From a cyanobacterium endosymbiont of Braarudosphaera bigelowii (GTDB lineage Bacteria > Cyanobacteriota > Cyanobacteriia > Cyanobacteriales > Microcystaceae): a DNA stretch of 32,000 nt. Made by a program: the position numbers and the translations under genes. Below the pieces are notes generated by a model. It searched no databases. It was not told where the DNA came from and saw only the letters and a program-made list of their open reading frames with translations. The stretch spans positions 720,001 through 752,000 of the forward strand of contig NZ_AP024987.1 of the NCBI RefSeq assembly GCF_020885515.1. The letters are read 5' to 3'. Below, one piece after another: positions 1 to 9,518 of the stretch; positions within the stretch are counted from its first letter, which is position 1, and every line of letters begins with the position of its first letter.

Positions 1-115
1 GATTAGCTACATTAGCGTAGGCCACAGACCAACCTTGACTAAATATCACCAACAGATATTAACCATCATGGACGAAGGAAATTGGGAACTAGAAACTCAC
101 AAAATTTATAGTTGA
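1..115 (+). CDS. 3' end of an ABC transporter ATPase/permease-fusion gene (COG4178 / SbmA-BacA-like class), truncated by the window edge
   Basis: Frame 2 (from nt 2) reads ISYISVGHRPTLTKYHQQILTIMDEGNWELETHKIYS, followed by TGA at 113-115. The ISVGHRxxL..H tail matches the H-loop/C-terminus of this ABC ATPase class as I remember it. Confidence 0.55.
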   Translation, partial: ISYISVGHRPTLTKYHQQILTIMDEGNWELETHKIYS

Positions 116-477
116 GAAAAAATACTATTTAATAAATTTTAACTTTTTTATTTTTTAAATCAGAAAATTACTATTTTATGATTACTAAACATTAAAATAT
201 TCTTTATGTCTTATTTATTTATTTTTAGTAAACATAAATAAACTATTAGATAATGTATAAAGACTTATTTACATGATGTTACTTTTTTTAATTTTAATCC
301 CTATTGATTTTTTATTAGGATCTTCTTTTGAAGGTCTGTTCAATACTCATTAATTTAATATTTTTATATATAACTAAGGTTTAGATTTCCCTTCTATCCA
401 AAAAATTAGTACAATAAATATATGAGGTTCTCGTAATCTTTTTTTATTCTTAAACATTCAGTCAAAACCATTAATTT

Positions 478-663
478 ATGGAATCTAGTAGCTCATCAAA
501 GAAGGGGACAGAACCTTCTGCTCATAGGTGGACTAACATTATGGGAACGGTAATTGCCATGATAACGTTGACACTGCCCGTTTTCGTAATTGCCTATTAC
601 TCTTCAAATAAAGCTGATTCTCCTTCGAGTCAACTTCATTATCTGAATGATTCTAGAAAATAG
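478..663 (+). CDS. Small hypothetical membrane protein (61 aa): Ser-rich N-terminus, one predicted TM helix
   Basis: ATG-initiated track ORF. It has a hydrophobic stretch IMGTVIAMITLTLPVFVIAYY. The ORF is visibly richer in G/C than the flanking spacer. I recognise no family. Confidence 0.4.
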   Translation: MESSSSSKKGTEPSAHRWTNIMGTVIAMITLTLPVFVIAYYSSNKADSPSSQLHYLNDSRK

Positions 664-1260
664 CATCTTTATTATTAGTTAAAATCATATTTCTATTTAT
701 TTATCTCTAATGAAGGAAAGCCCTAAACTACAAGAGTAAAAATATTATGTAAGACACTTATCAAAAATATAGTTAAGGTTTATAGTTACTTTTTTAATAT
801 TTAGTTTTGCTAAAAAATAGAATTTAAAAATACTTCATAAAATCTATGATTTTCCTTAAACTAGGACAATATATGTCTAGCACGTCAGAAAAAAGATACC
901 ACAAATATCATTGGTGATGACGTTTTACATAAAGTAAACTAGTTATTTTTTTTACATTCTACTTTACGGAACTAAAACCCATATTAAGGTTTATGATTTA
1001 AGTTTATAAAATTTAAATCATAAAATCTATTTCTGTCTCATAAAAACAATTATCAATATATATAATATCAAATGATATAACTCATAAATAACATTTCTTA
1101 AGCTTAAAAGATATCACTGTTTTACTATAATTAGCTTGTTGATGAATAAAAGTATTTTGTTTTATACTCAAAAATTAAGGAGCAGTAAATTCCTACAGAA
1201 AATCTTAGGAATGAGAAGGTTAAAATTGAAGAAGAAACGCTAAAAAAATAATTAACATTC

Positions 1261-2799
1261 ATGTCAGATTTGCCAGCATCTATAGCTGTTTATTATCATC
1301 AACGAACAAAATACGATCCAAAAACTATTGCTACTAAAAATAAAGGTTTGGATTGGTCAAAGCAACCAACTCCTTTTAAGGAATATAAAATCGGCAAGTC
1401 TTATGAGCTAATAGCTTACTCATCAAAGAAATCATCAATTACTTCTCATTCTTCATATTGGCACAGACTTTCACGTTTATGTGGCTGTAGTTATGGATTA
1501 ACTGCAAAAATACCCACTATTGGAAGTCCTATGTATTTAAGAGCAACTCCATCAGCTGGAGGACTCTATCCAGCTGAAGTTTATCTAATTTCAAAAGGAA
1601 CTCCATGGCTACCAGCTGGATTGTATAGTTATCAGCCACAAAATCATTCCTTATTGCATTTTTGGGATGATAATGTTTGGGAAAATTTAGAGACAGCATG
1701 TTTATATCATCAGGCTCTTGAAAGCGCAGAAATAGTAGTTGTTACAACTGCTATTTTCTACAGATCATCGTGGCGATATGAAGACCGGGCCTATCGAAGA
1801 ATTTGTTTAGATACAGGGCACTTACTAGGTAATATAGAACTAGCTTGTGCTATGACTAATTATCGTCCTCACTTAATTGGAGGTTTTGTAGATAATTTAA
1901 TAAATAAAATCTTCTATTTTAACCCTAAAGAAGAAGGAGTGATTTCAGTTATTGCTTTATCTGATTTATCTAATGATAATAAAAATTTAAAAAATATAGG
2001 CCCCACAGCTTTACCATCAATTATAAAAACTAACTATTCTCAAGTTTCTGATGGAGAATTATTAGGTTATTTTCATCAAGCTACTGAGATAAAAGAACCT
2101 GATATTAATAAAGTACAAGAAATGATATCTCAAGACAGTTTTGTAGAAGATAAATATAACTTTCCATTTTGTTTAAAGGTATCCATGTTAACAACTCCTA
2201 TTATATGGGGAAATAATTTTAACCTTCTTGAAAAAACCATTTTTAAAAGACGATCTACTCGCGCTTATACAGGCGAAGAATTAACTTTAGATGAACTAAA
2301 AGGATTGCTACACTTTACCTATCAATCTCAAGATTATGTTCATCAGGGATTTGATCCAAATCCTGATTATTTTGATATAAATTTAATTGAAACTTTCGTA
2401 GTAGTATCTGGAGTAAAAGGTTTAGAGTCTGGCTGTTACTATTATGCGCCAAAAGCTCAAGAACTTAGGCAAATTCGGTTTAAAAATTTTCGCAAGGAAT
2501 TACATTACCTATGTTTAGGACAAAATTTAGGAAGAGATGCGGGAGCAATTATTTTTCATACTACAGAACTAAAGAAGGCGGTAGAAAAGTATGGTGATCG
2601 CGTTTATAGATATTTACATCTTGATGCAGGACATTTAGGACAAAAGTTAAATTTAGCTGCTATTCATCTTCAACTTGGAGTAAGTGGAATTGGTGGTTTC
2701 TTTGATGATCAAGTAAATGAAGTTCTTGGCATTCCTGAAGATGAGGCTGTCATTTATATAACTACAATAGGAAGGCCAAGATATCAATCTATAAGTTAA
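1261..2799 (+). CDS. SagB-type dehydrogenase / tandem nitroreductase-like domain protein (512 aa)
   Basis: The two halves each resemble the nitroreductase fold. The second half starts with the typical KRRSTRAY motif, and a GG(L/F) motif recurs near both domain ends (SAGGLYP, GIGGFFDD). ATG start at 1261. Confidence 0.7.
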   Translation: MSDLPASIAVYYHQRTKYDPKTIATKNKGLDWSKQPTPFKEYKIGKSYELIAYSSKKSSITSHSSYWHRLSRLCGCSYGLTAKIPTIGSPMYLRATPSAGGLYPAEVYLISKGTPWLPAGLYSYQPQNHSLLHFWDDNVWENLETACLYHQALESAEIVVVTTAIFYRSSWRYEDRAYRRICLDTGHLLGNIELACAMTNYRPHLIGGFVDNLINKIFYFNPKEEGVISVIALSDLSNDNKNLKNIGPTALPSIIKTNYSQVSDGELLGYFHQATEIKEPDINKVQEMISQDSFVEDKYNFPFCLKVSMLTTPIIWGNNFNLLEKTIFKRRSTRAYTGEELTLDELKGLLHFTYQSQDYVHQGFDPNPDYFDINLIETFVVVSGVKGLESGCYYYAPKAQELRQIRFKNFRKELHYLCLGQNLGRDAGAIIFHTTELKKAVEKYGDRVYRYLHLDAGHLGQKLNLAAIHLQLGVSGIGGFFDDQVNEVLGIPEDEAVIYITTIGRPRYQSIS

Positions 2800-2878
2800 A
2801 TGAATGATTGTCTGTGAAGTAAATATCTTTATTAACGTATGGTAAAGTAAGTTTATTAGTCATGATTATACAAAAACA

Positions 2879-3994
2879 TTATTTATCTTCTAGTAAAATA
2901 TCTGATGGTAATTCTCTTTTCGGTAAAGGAGTCATAGGAGGTGGTAATATCGGACCAAATAATAAAGGGGTAGACAAAGGTAACTCATAATCAGCAATAA
3001 CTTCTCGAAGTTGGCTAACACGTAGTAATAACTTAAATTTTTTTCCAAAATCCTGTTCGATCAATTTCTCTACCAATCGAACTTGTGTTGGAGTTATAGG
3101 ATTTTTAGTATTTTCTTGAACTGTCACTAAAATAATAGGATGTTCGTTACTCCAAGGAAACATAGGCCATTGAACTTTTAATGATATTAATTCGCTTTGT
3201 TGCCCAACAGTAACTGTTTTATTTTCAAGAAGATTTTTAATTCTTCCTTCAAATTTTTCTTGCCAGAGGAGATTGCCAAAGCTTACAAATAATGGAAAAG
3301 TTATAATTCCTGTCATAGCTATTAGTCCTCCTAAAGCTTGACTTGTTTGATTATAGTTAAAGTAGTAACCCCCAAGAATGAATACAGTAATGCAGGATAA
3401 AGTTATACCCAAAAGATTTGTAAAATATAGTAAAAAAGCTCCACTTGCCAAGAGTATAGCTTTTTGAGATAAGCAAATACCAACCGCACATAAAGGAGGC
3501 ATTAAAGCTACGGAAATTGCAGTACCAACAACTGCATCGCCAAGTCTGCGTCGAACTTTAGCAAAACCACTTATTGCTCCTGCTGTTACTGCTACCCCTA
3601 AGTCTGCTAAGTTTGGCTGAGTTCTTCCCAAAAGTTCAAGACCGAAAGATGATTCAGGTAGTCCGAAAATCCCTCCCACTAAACTTGAAACTAGAAGGGA
3701 TACTATGGTACCTATTAAAAGTGTCATCGAACTTACTTTAACTAAAATCCCTTCATTATCTAGTACACCGAAGGCAAAGCCTCTTAATGGGAGCATTAAA
3801 GGAGCAATAAGCATCGCACCAATGATAATAGTAGGACTGTTAATCAATAATCCGAGAGTTGCTATAAAAGAAGCACTGATAGTTAAGATAATAAAATCTG
3901 TGTTAAGTGCAGAATCTTCTATTAAATCCTGTAATAATTTCTTTCTTATATTTAGAGAAACTTTCGGAATTTTTTGTTTAAACCAGTTTTTCAT
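2879..3994 (-). CDS. DUF389 family integral membrane protein (371 aa)
   Basis: The N-terminal half is multi-TM with Gly/Ala-rich helices (IIIGAMLIAPLMLPL, GVAVTAGAISGF), typical of DUF389/TIGR00341-like proteins. A soluble C-terminal domain follows. ATG at 3994-3992. Confidence 0.65.
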   Translation of the reverse strand: MKNWFKQKIPKVSLNIRKKLLQDLIEDSALNTDFIILTISASFIATLGLLINSPTIIIGAMLIAPLMLPLRGFAFGVLDNEGILVKVSSMTLLIGTIVSLLVSSLVGGIFGLPESSFGLELLGRTQPNLADLGVAVTAGAISGFAKVRRRLGDAVVGTAISVALMPPLCAVGICLSQKAILLASGAFLLYFTNLLGITLSCITVFILGGYYFNYNQTSQALGGLIAMTGIITFPLFVSFGNLLWQEKFEGRIKNLLENKTVTVGQQSELISLKVQWPMFPWSNEHPIILVTVQENTKNPITPTQVRLVEKLIEQDFGKKFKLLLRVSQLREVIADYELPLSTPLLFGPILPPPMTPLPKRELPSDILLEDK

Positions 3995-4368
3995 AAAAAA
4001 TTTATTAATTGTTTTAAACTAGAATTAATAAATCCTAGATATTACTTAAATAATCATATTTTCAAAGAAATAAAATTGTCCATATAAAGAAAAAGAATTT
4101 TTGTATTGACTAAATAATAAACCCTTTAAAATTATTTCAGGATGGTATTTAAGTAGATATAAAGTAAACATTTTAAATTGGGTACATAATTAACCTGTTG
4201 GCTAATAAAAAATTATAAAAAGACTTAAATATTATTATTATTCATATTAAAGTTCATCATCATAATATTAGTACATTTCGGTTCGGTATTCCTTACTGGT
4301 TTCTTATTTAAATAATAAGCTATAAAAGAAAAAGATATGAACTAGATTTTTTTTAGTGAAATTAAATT

Positions 4369-5103
4369 ATGAGTAATACAAGCAATTTTCGCAAAGCAAT
4401 TAACGAGTCCCGAAAAAACGAACTTATTGGCCCTAATGTTATAGCTAATGCTTTACCTATTGTTGGTGGTGGCTTGATTTTGACTGCACTAGGAACTTAT
4501 GGTGGTTTAAGAATAATAAATTTTTATCCAGAAATTTTTTATTCAACTTTTGTTATTGCCATTATTTTAGAACTAGGTTTCTTTTTTATTGTAAACAGAG
4601 TAATTGAAAAGAATAGTGAAGATATTGCCCTACCTTTGTTATCTCTTTACAGTTTATTGTCTGGATATACCCTTAGTGGCATTGTTTATATTGCTTTAGG
4701 GACTCAAGGTGTAGGAGTTCAAGGAATAGCAATTTCAGCCTTTGGTTGTGGAGCTACTTTTATCATTGCACGTAGCATTGGATCAAATTTATCAGATCAA
4801 GATGGAATAGCTTTGACAAAAACAGTCCGATTAGGTGTAATAGCTTTATTAACAGTAATTATTGGACAGTTTATATTTTCTATTTTTGGATTTTATACGC
4901 CATCATGGTTGGAAATAGTATTTTCTGGATTAGGAGTATTCTTATTTGCAGGGGCTGCAGTAGTAGATTTTTATGTCCTTCCTCGTAGCTATAATGACGG
5001 ACAGTATCTTGCTGCAGCACTTTCGATGTACCTTACTTATATCAATTTATTTATATTTATACTAAGATTAATTATCTCTCTTAATGACAACGATAAAAAT
5101 TAA
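4369..5103 (+). CDS. Bax inhibitor-1 / YccA family membrane protein (244 aa)
   Basis: About seven hydrophobic helices. The C-terminal region AAALSMYLTYINLFIFILRLI matches the BI-1 family C-terminal signature. Confidence 0.8.
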   Translation: MSNTSNFRKAINESRKNELIGPNVIANALPIVGGGLILTALGTYGGLRIINFYPEIFYSTFVIAIILELGFFFIVNRVIEKNSEDIALPLLSLYSLLSGYTLSGIVYIALGTQGVGVQGIAISAFGCGATFIIARSIGSNLSDQDGIALTKTVRLGVIALLTVIIGQFIFSIFGFYTPSWLEIVFSGLGVFLFAGAAVVDFYVLPRSYNDGQYLAAALSMYLTYINLFIFILRLIISLNDNDKN

Positions 5104-5283
5104 AATATTTATTTAAAGTTTAAAATACTTTTCTTTTGTGTATATTTTGCTATAATAATTGAAGATTATAAATTGGTATTGGCTTTAGGATTCTTATGAA
5201 CCTTAAATTAATTACATCTTGTAACCATACTGCTTTTTAATTTTGTTCAGTTCTTTTAGAGACATAAACAAGATAAATAAATT

Positions 5284-5445
5284 ATGAATACTAACACTCA
5301 GAAAAAAACTCTTGATGATCCTAAGTTTGGCTTTACTGAATATGCAGAACGTTTAAATGGTCGTGCTGCTATGATTGGTTTTATACTTGCTCTTATAATT
5401 GAGTATACAAGTGGACAAAGTCTCTTATCTTGGTTGGGCTTATAA
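5284..5445 (+). CDS. hli: High-light-inducible protein (HLIP / Scp, one-helix CAB family), 53 aa; not in the supplied ORF track
   Basis: Manual translation gives MNTNTQKKTLDDPKFGFTEYAERLNGRAAMIGFILALIIEYTSGQSLLSWLGL, then TAA at 5443-5445. It contains the chlorophyll-binding motif FGFT..AE..NGR.AMIGF plus a single TM helix, and is very similar to Synechocystis HliC-type proteins. Confidence 0.9.
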   Translation: MNTNTQKKTLDDPKFGFTEYAERLNGRAAMIGFILALIIEYTSGQSLLSWLGL

Positions 5446-5461
5446 ATTAGCCATAATATTC

Positions 5462-5530
5462 TAAATAGTTTCTAGATATATTTTAAGTACTAAATTTATA
5501 GATGCTTAAAATATATCTAGAAACTATTTA
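5462..5530 (+). terminator. Perfect 26-bp inverted repeat (17-nt spacer) 17 nt downstream of hli; putative terminator or RNA-stabilising hairpin
   Basis: Arm 5462-5487 (taaatagtttctagatatattttaag) is the exact reverse complement of 5505-5530. I checked this base by base. Confidence 0.55.
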
Positions 5531-5885
5531 CAAACGTATTTTTGTTGAACTAATATGCACTTTTCATGATAGAAGTAGGTTTAAACTATATATCAGTCGA
5601 CAGGCAAAAGTAATTTATATAAAATATGATTATCTTGCATAAAGAACAAATCTTGATACTTTCAGCCCAACTTTAATATTTAGTTATTTAGATATTATTC
5701 TAGATGTTCAATTACAATTATTTTTAATCTTTTTATTTATAATCTTGTGTTCTGAATTAGATAAGTAAATCTTAAATTATTATTATGAATAAAATATTAA
5801 GATCCCAATATTTTCTGAAATTTGCTTATACTGTATCTTAAATATTTTAAACAAGTAGTGTCGTTAAGAATAGGTATTTTAATTA

Positions 5886-6167
5886 ATGCTACAAGATCAA
5901 ACACATCCTCAAGAACACCGTGATCGACTTATTGTAAATGATTTATTAAATTCTCAACCTGATGACTATAAACTAGCTGAATTGGCAAGACTATTAATCC
6001 GCTATCAAAATTTCCCAGGAGCTAGAAAAGTTTATCAAGATTTAAACAAAATCTTAATTTCTTGGAACTTAACACAAGAAAAATTATTTATAAAGACTCG
6101 TGAACTTCATTATAATAGAAGTCTTTATTCTAACTCACTAGATGAAGGAGTTCAGGATTGGACTTGA
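5886..6167 (+). CDS. Conserved cyanobacterial protein of unknown function, DUF3288-like (93 aa)
   Basis: ATG-initiated ORF. The sequence pattern (..DYKLAELARLLIRYQNFPGAR...DLNKIL..W.LT.E.LF.KTR..H....QDWT) matches my memory of the cyanobacteria-restricted DUF3288 family. The family name is from memory. Confidence 0.6.
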   Translation: MLQDQTHPQEHRDRLIVNDLLNSQPDDYKLAELARLLIRYQNFPGARKVYQDLNKILISWNLTQEKLFIKTRELHYNRSLYSNSLDEGVQDWT

Positions 6168-6534
6168 ATGCAAAAGAAAATACTACATAGAGCAGCTCAA
6201 TGGGTACAACCAAATTTCCATTAATATATAAGCTTTGATATATACATTAGTGACAATTATATTTTTTATTAATAATATTAAAGACAATGCTGATTTAAGC
6301 AAAACTTATAGTTAATATGCATATAGATTAGCTTTATGAAATATATGATGATTTTTGTATCTTCCAAAAATATTGATATCAATAAGCTATGTTTAAATAA
6401 AACGGGACTAACATATTTGATACAATATATAAGGAACTATAAAAGATAGTACTAATTTCTGAAAAGTCTAAAAATAAGAATATAATTAAATCTTACTCAT
6501 ATGTAGTGGAACTTAGCTCTATAAACTATATCAT

Positions 6535-7404
6535 TTAATGAAAACGAATCCCAAGAAAAATATCGTAAAGAAAGTCTAGAAAATTTCTACCTTTAAGTAA
6601 ATCTAAAGATTGTTCACACTTTTTCTCATCTAATAACTGTTTAGTTGCATAATAAGCTGGTTCATATCTATACCAAGGAATTGATGGCCATAAATGGTGA
6701 ACTAAGTGATAATTTTGTCCGAAAATTAAAAGATTAAGTATCTTACTTGGATATACCCTAGCATTTTTCCAACGATTACGCTCTAAAAAAGGTCGATGAG
6801 GTAAGTAATCAAAAAATAGGCCTAAAGCAACACCTACCACTAGTGCTGGTACAAACCAAAAGTTCATAACGTAGTTAATAAATCCATATTGTATGCTTAA
6901 GATAACAATAGTAAATACAATTAATCTACTCAAGAACCACTCTAATATCTCATTCTTAATCCACAAACGACGTTTGAAAAAAAATATTTCATGATAAAAA
7001 AAGCGTGCCGCTATCATCCATAAAGGTCCTCCTGTCGATACAAAGTGATCAGGATCATTGTCAGGATCATTGACATGAGCATGGTGTTGTAGATGTACTC
7101 GCGTAAAGACAGGAAAAGCAAAGCCTAACATTAATGCACTACCATGACCTAGGATTGCATTGAAAATTCGGTTTGGATGAGCTGCATTATGCGAAGCATC
7201 ATGAATAACTGTACCAGAAAGATGAAGAGCAAGAACGTTACAGCTAAAACATACCCAGTCTCTCCACTCCCATAAGTAATGTCCACAAGTTGAAGAGAAA
7301 ATTAAGAGTAGAGATACTGAAAACATGACTACATTAGGATTAAGCCCTCCAGGAGTCTTTAAAAATTCTTTAGGAACTGTTTGCAGCGTTTCTACCGACT
7401 GCAT
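6535..7404 (-). CDS. crtR: Beta-carotene hydroxylase CrtR (membrane di-iron, fatty-acid-desaturase superfamily)
   Basis: Three histidine boxes are present: HDASHNAAH, HLQHHAHVN, HLVHHLWP. Size (289 aa) and membrane topology are typical of cyanobacterial CrtR. Confidence 0.85.
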   Translation of the reverse strand: MQSVETLQTVPKEFLKTPGGLNPNVVMFSVSLLLIFSSTCGHYLWEWRDWVCFSCNVLALHLSGTVIHDASHNAAHPNRIFNAILGHGSALMLGFAFPVFTRVHLQHHAHVNDPDNDPDHFVSTGGPLWMIAARFFYHEIFFFKRRLWIKNEILEWFLSRLIVFTIVILSIQYGFINYVMNFWFVPALVVGVALGLFFDYLPHRPFLERNRWKNARVYPSKILNLLIFGQNYHLVHHLWPSIPWYRYEPAYYATKQLLDEKKCEQSLDLLKGRNFLDFLYDIFLGIRFH

Positions 7405-7634
7405 GATAATTTTGTACCTCTTTCTTGATATTATTTATCAGCAATATCAAGTTTACACGATAATGGAAATTTAACAAAGCTTAATAACGTATGTTCTTTT
7501 TAGGATTTCAAACTAATATAAAATATGAAAAATAAAATAAAATTCTGAAGATATTTTAAAAAATTTCATGTTTTTTTTAATGGAGTCAAGATGAGCTACC
7601 ATGTAACATGTATATGAGGATGCTATAAAACTGA

Positions 7635-9008
7635 ATGGCGATAGCTTATATTATTGGATTAGGAAAATCAGGGATTGCTGCTGCAAGATGTCTTAAGCAG
7701 GAAGGATGGAAAATAATTATTAGTGATTCTAAAACTTCTTCCGAATTAGAAGACTTACAGAAAAAATTAAGACTAGAAGATATTACTGTCAAATTGCTTT
7801 ATGAACCAACTTTTCAAACTTCTTTTTTACCAGAGTTAATCATAGTTAGTCCAGGAGTGCCATGGGATACTTCTTTTTTAGTTGAAGCGCGTCTTCGTAA
7901 AATAACTATAATTGGTGAACTAGAATTATCTTGGCGATATCTTAGTTCTCTTCCTTGGCTAACTATTACTGGTACTAACGGTAAAACTACTACTACAAGG
8001 TTGATTGAAGCAATTTTTGAACAGTCTTTATTCAGTGCGGTTGCTTGTGGAAATATCGGATATGCAGCTTCTGAACTAGCTTTGTTTAAGATAAAAAATC
8101 AAAACATTTTTAAATATGATTGGATAATTACAGAAGTTAGTAGTTATCAATGTGAATCTTCTCAAACGATAAGACCTACAGTCGGTATTTGGACAAGTTT
8201 TACTCCAGATCACTTAAGTCGTCATAAAAACTTAGATAATTATTATTCTATAAAAGCTTCTTTAATAAAAAATTGTAAATATCAAATTTTAAACAATGAT
8301 GATTACTATCTAAAAAAGAAAAGTTCTTATAGTTGGCCAAATGCTTATTGGACAACAGTTAAAGGAAAAGAGAATTTACCTTGCGATCCACTTAAAGGAG
8401 TATATATCGAAGATGGTTGGATTGTTGCTTTTAAAGAGTTAATGTTTCCGATAAGTTTATTTAAAGTTCCAGGTCTACATAACCGACAAAATCTTTTAAT
8501 GGCTGTTGCAGCTGCTAGGATTGCTGGAATTGATAAAAAGATTATTTCTTTAGCTGTTGAAAATTTTAATGGTGTTTCTCATCGCTTGGAACCTGTTATT
8601 ACTATCGATAATATTCAATTTATAAATGATAGTAAAGCAACTAACTACGACGCTGCCGCAATGGGTTTAGAGTCAGTAAACGCACCTGTTATTTTAATTG
8701 CAGGTGGAAAATTAAAAGAAGGAGATGATAGCAAGTGGATTAAACTTATAAAATCAAAAGTTTCTCAAGTATTACTTATTGGTGAATCTGCATATGTTAT
8801 TGCAAAACGTCTCCAAAATGCCAACTATTACGACTATGAAGTTGTCCAAGAAATCGATATAGCAGTGAAAAGAAGCTTTGTTTTATGTAAAAAGCTAAGT
8901 TGTAAGGTGGTTCTTTTATCTCCAGCTTGTGCTAGTTTTGACCAGTACAAAGATTTTGAAGATCGAGGAAATCATTTTAAAAGCCTATGTAAAAATCTTG
9001 TATCGTAA
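7635..9008 (+). CDS. murD: UDP-N-acetylmuramoyl-L-alanine--D-glutamate ligase
   Basis: N-terminal GLGKSGIAAARCL Rossmann-like motif and Mur ligase P-loop ITGTNGKTTTT. The 457-aa length is typical of MurD. Confidence 0.93.
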   Translation: MAIAYIIGLGKSGIAAARCLKQEGWKIIISDSKTSSELEDLQKKLRLEDITVKLLYEPTFQTSFLPELIIVSPGVPWDTSFLVEARLRKITIIGELELSWRYLSSLPWLTITGTNGKTTTTRLIEAIFEQSLFSAVACGNIGYAASELALFKIKNQNIFKYDWIITEVSSYQCESSQTIRPTVGIWTSFTPDHLSRHKNLDNYYSIKASLIKNCKYQILNNDDYYLKKKSSYSWPNAYWTTVKGKENLPCDPLKGVYIEDGWIVAFKELMFPISLFKVPGLHNRQNLLMAVAAARIAGIDKKIISLAVENFNGVSHRLEPVITIDNIQFINDSKATNYDAAAMGLESVNAPVILIAGGKLKEGDDSKWIKLIKSKVSQVLLIGESAYVIAKRLQNANYYDYEVVQEIDIAVKRSFVLCKKLSCKVVLLSPACASFDQYKDFEDRGNHFKSLCKNLVS

Positions 9009-9518
9009 AAGGTTTTTATAGATATTAATACATTCATCTTCAATGTACAGTTACTTAACTTTCTTTATTATAAATAGTTTTATTCTTATGATATGCAATC
9101 AATTATAGAAATTAAATTATCATTCATTAATAATTATTCTCATAAATTTTTATAATATTTTATCACTTCTTGTATTCTAAATAGTATTCTTCAAATTTTC
9201 TAATATTTAAATATATAAGATGTTTTTTATAATATAAAATATCTTTAAACGTACTATTTAGCCAGAGTAGTTCTATGTATTTATAAAGTCATTTTTATAG
9301 ATTATTGAACAATATAAATTAATCTTTTAAATACTTGTACTATCTTCTATTTTTAATCAACTAAATAGATGTTTTGTATTTCCTACCCATAGTTATTTTT
9401 GTGTTAAGGTACTAGTGAATAATAAAAAAAGTAGTACTAAATTTACCTAGGAAGATTTTTTTATCAATTTATTAAAAGCGTTTTTTCAAGCTACCCTGTT
9501 AACGGAGTTAATATCCCT

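Noticed and set aside
273-353. 26-codon ORF MMLLFLILIPIDFLLGSSFEGLFNTH, considered as a small photosystem or cytochrome b6f subunit
   Set aside because: It does not match any Pet/Psa/Psb/Ndh small subunit I know. Such short hydrophobic ORFs arise easily in T-rich sequence.
478-2799. Possible RiPP/TOMM mini-cluster: the small Ser-rich ORF (478-663) as precursor, with the SagB-like dehydrogenase
   Set aside because: The small protein has a central TM helix and no Cys/Ser/Thr-rich C-terminal core. No YcaO/cyclodehydratase, protease or exporter gene is nearby, and ~600 bp of spacer separates the two ORFs.
3705-4022. 105-aa + strand ORF in the track
   Set aside because: It is entirely antisense to the 5' half of the DUF389 gene. 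Its low-complexity Ile/Lys/Leu-rich translation is typical of a shadow ORF in AT-rich coding DNA.
4098-4112. The 15-mer tttttgtattgacta (containing TTGACT) is shared exactly with 15902-15916; considered a repeated promoter module
   Set aside because: My rough estimate is that a few exact 15-mer coincidences are expected by chance in 32 kb of this composition. The -10 spacing at the 4106 copy is poor (15 nt).
5220-5225. TGTAAC (reverse of the GTTACA HLR1 half-site bound by RpaB), ~60 nt upstream of hli
   Set aside because: Only one hexamer is present. HLR1 requires two direct repeats spaced by 2 nt, and the second position does not match.
6165-6224. TGA stop of the DUF3288-like gene overlapping an ATG (tgaatg) that opens a 17-codon ORF; considered TGA read-through/recoding or a coupled small gene
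   Set aside because: Trp is encoded by TGG throughout the window, and other genes end cleanly at TGA (for example at 113-115). The family ends at about this length, and the downstream peptide is not recognisable.
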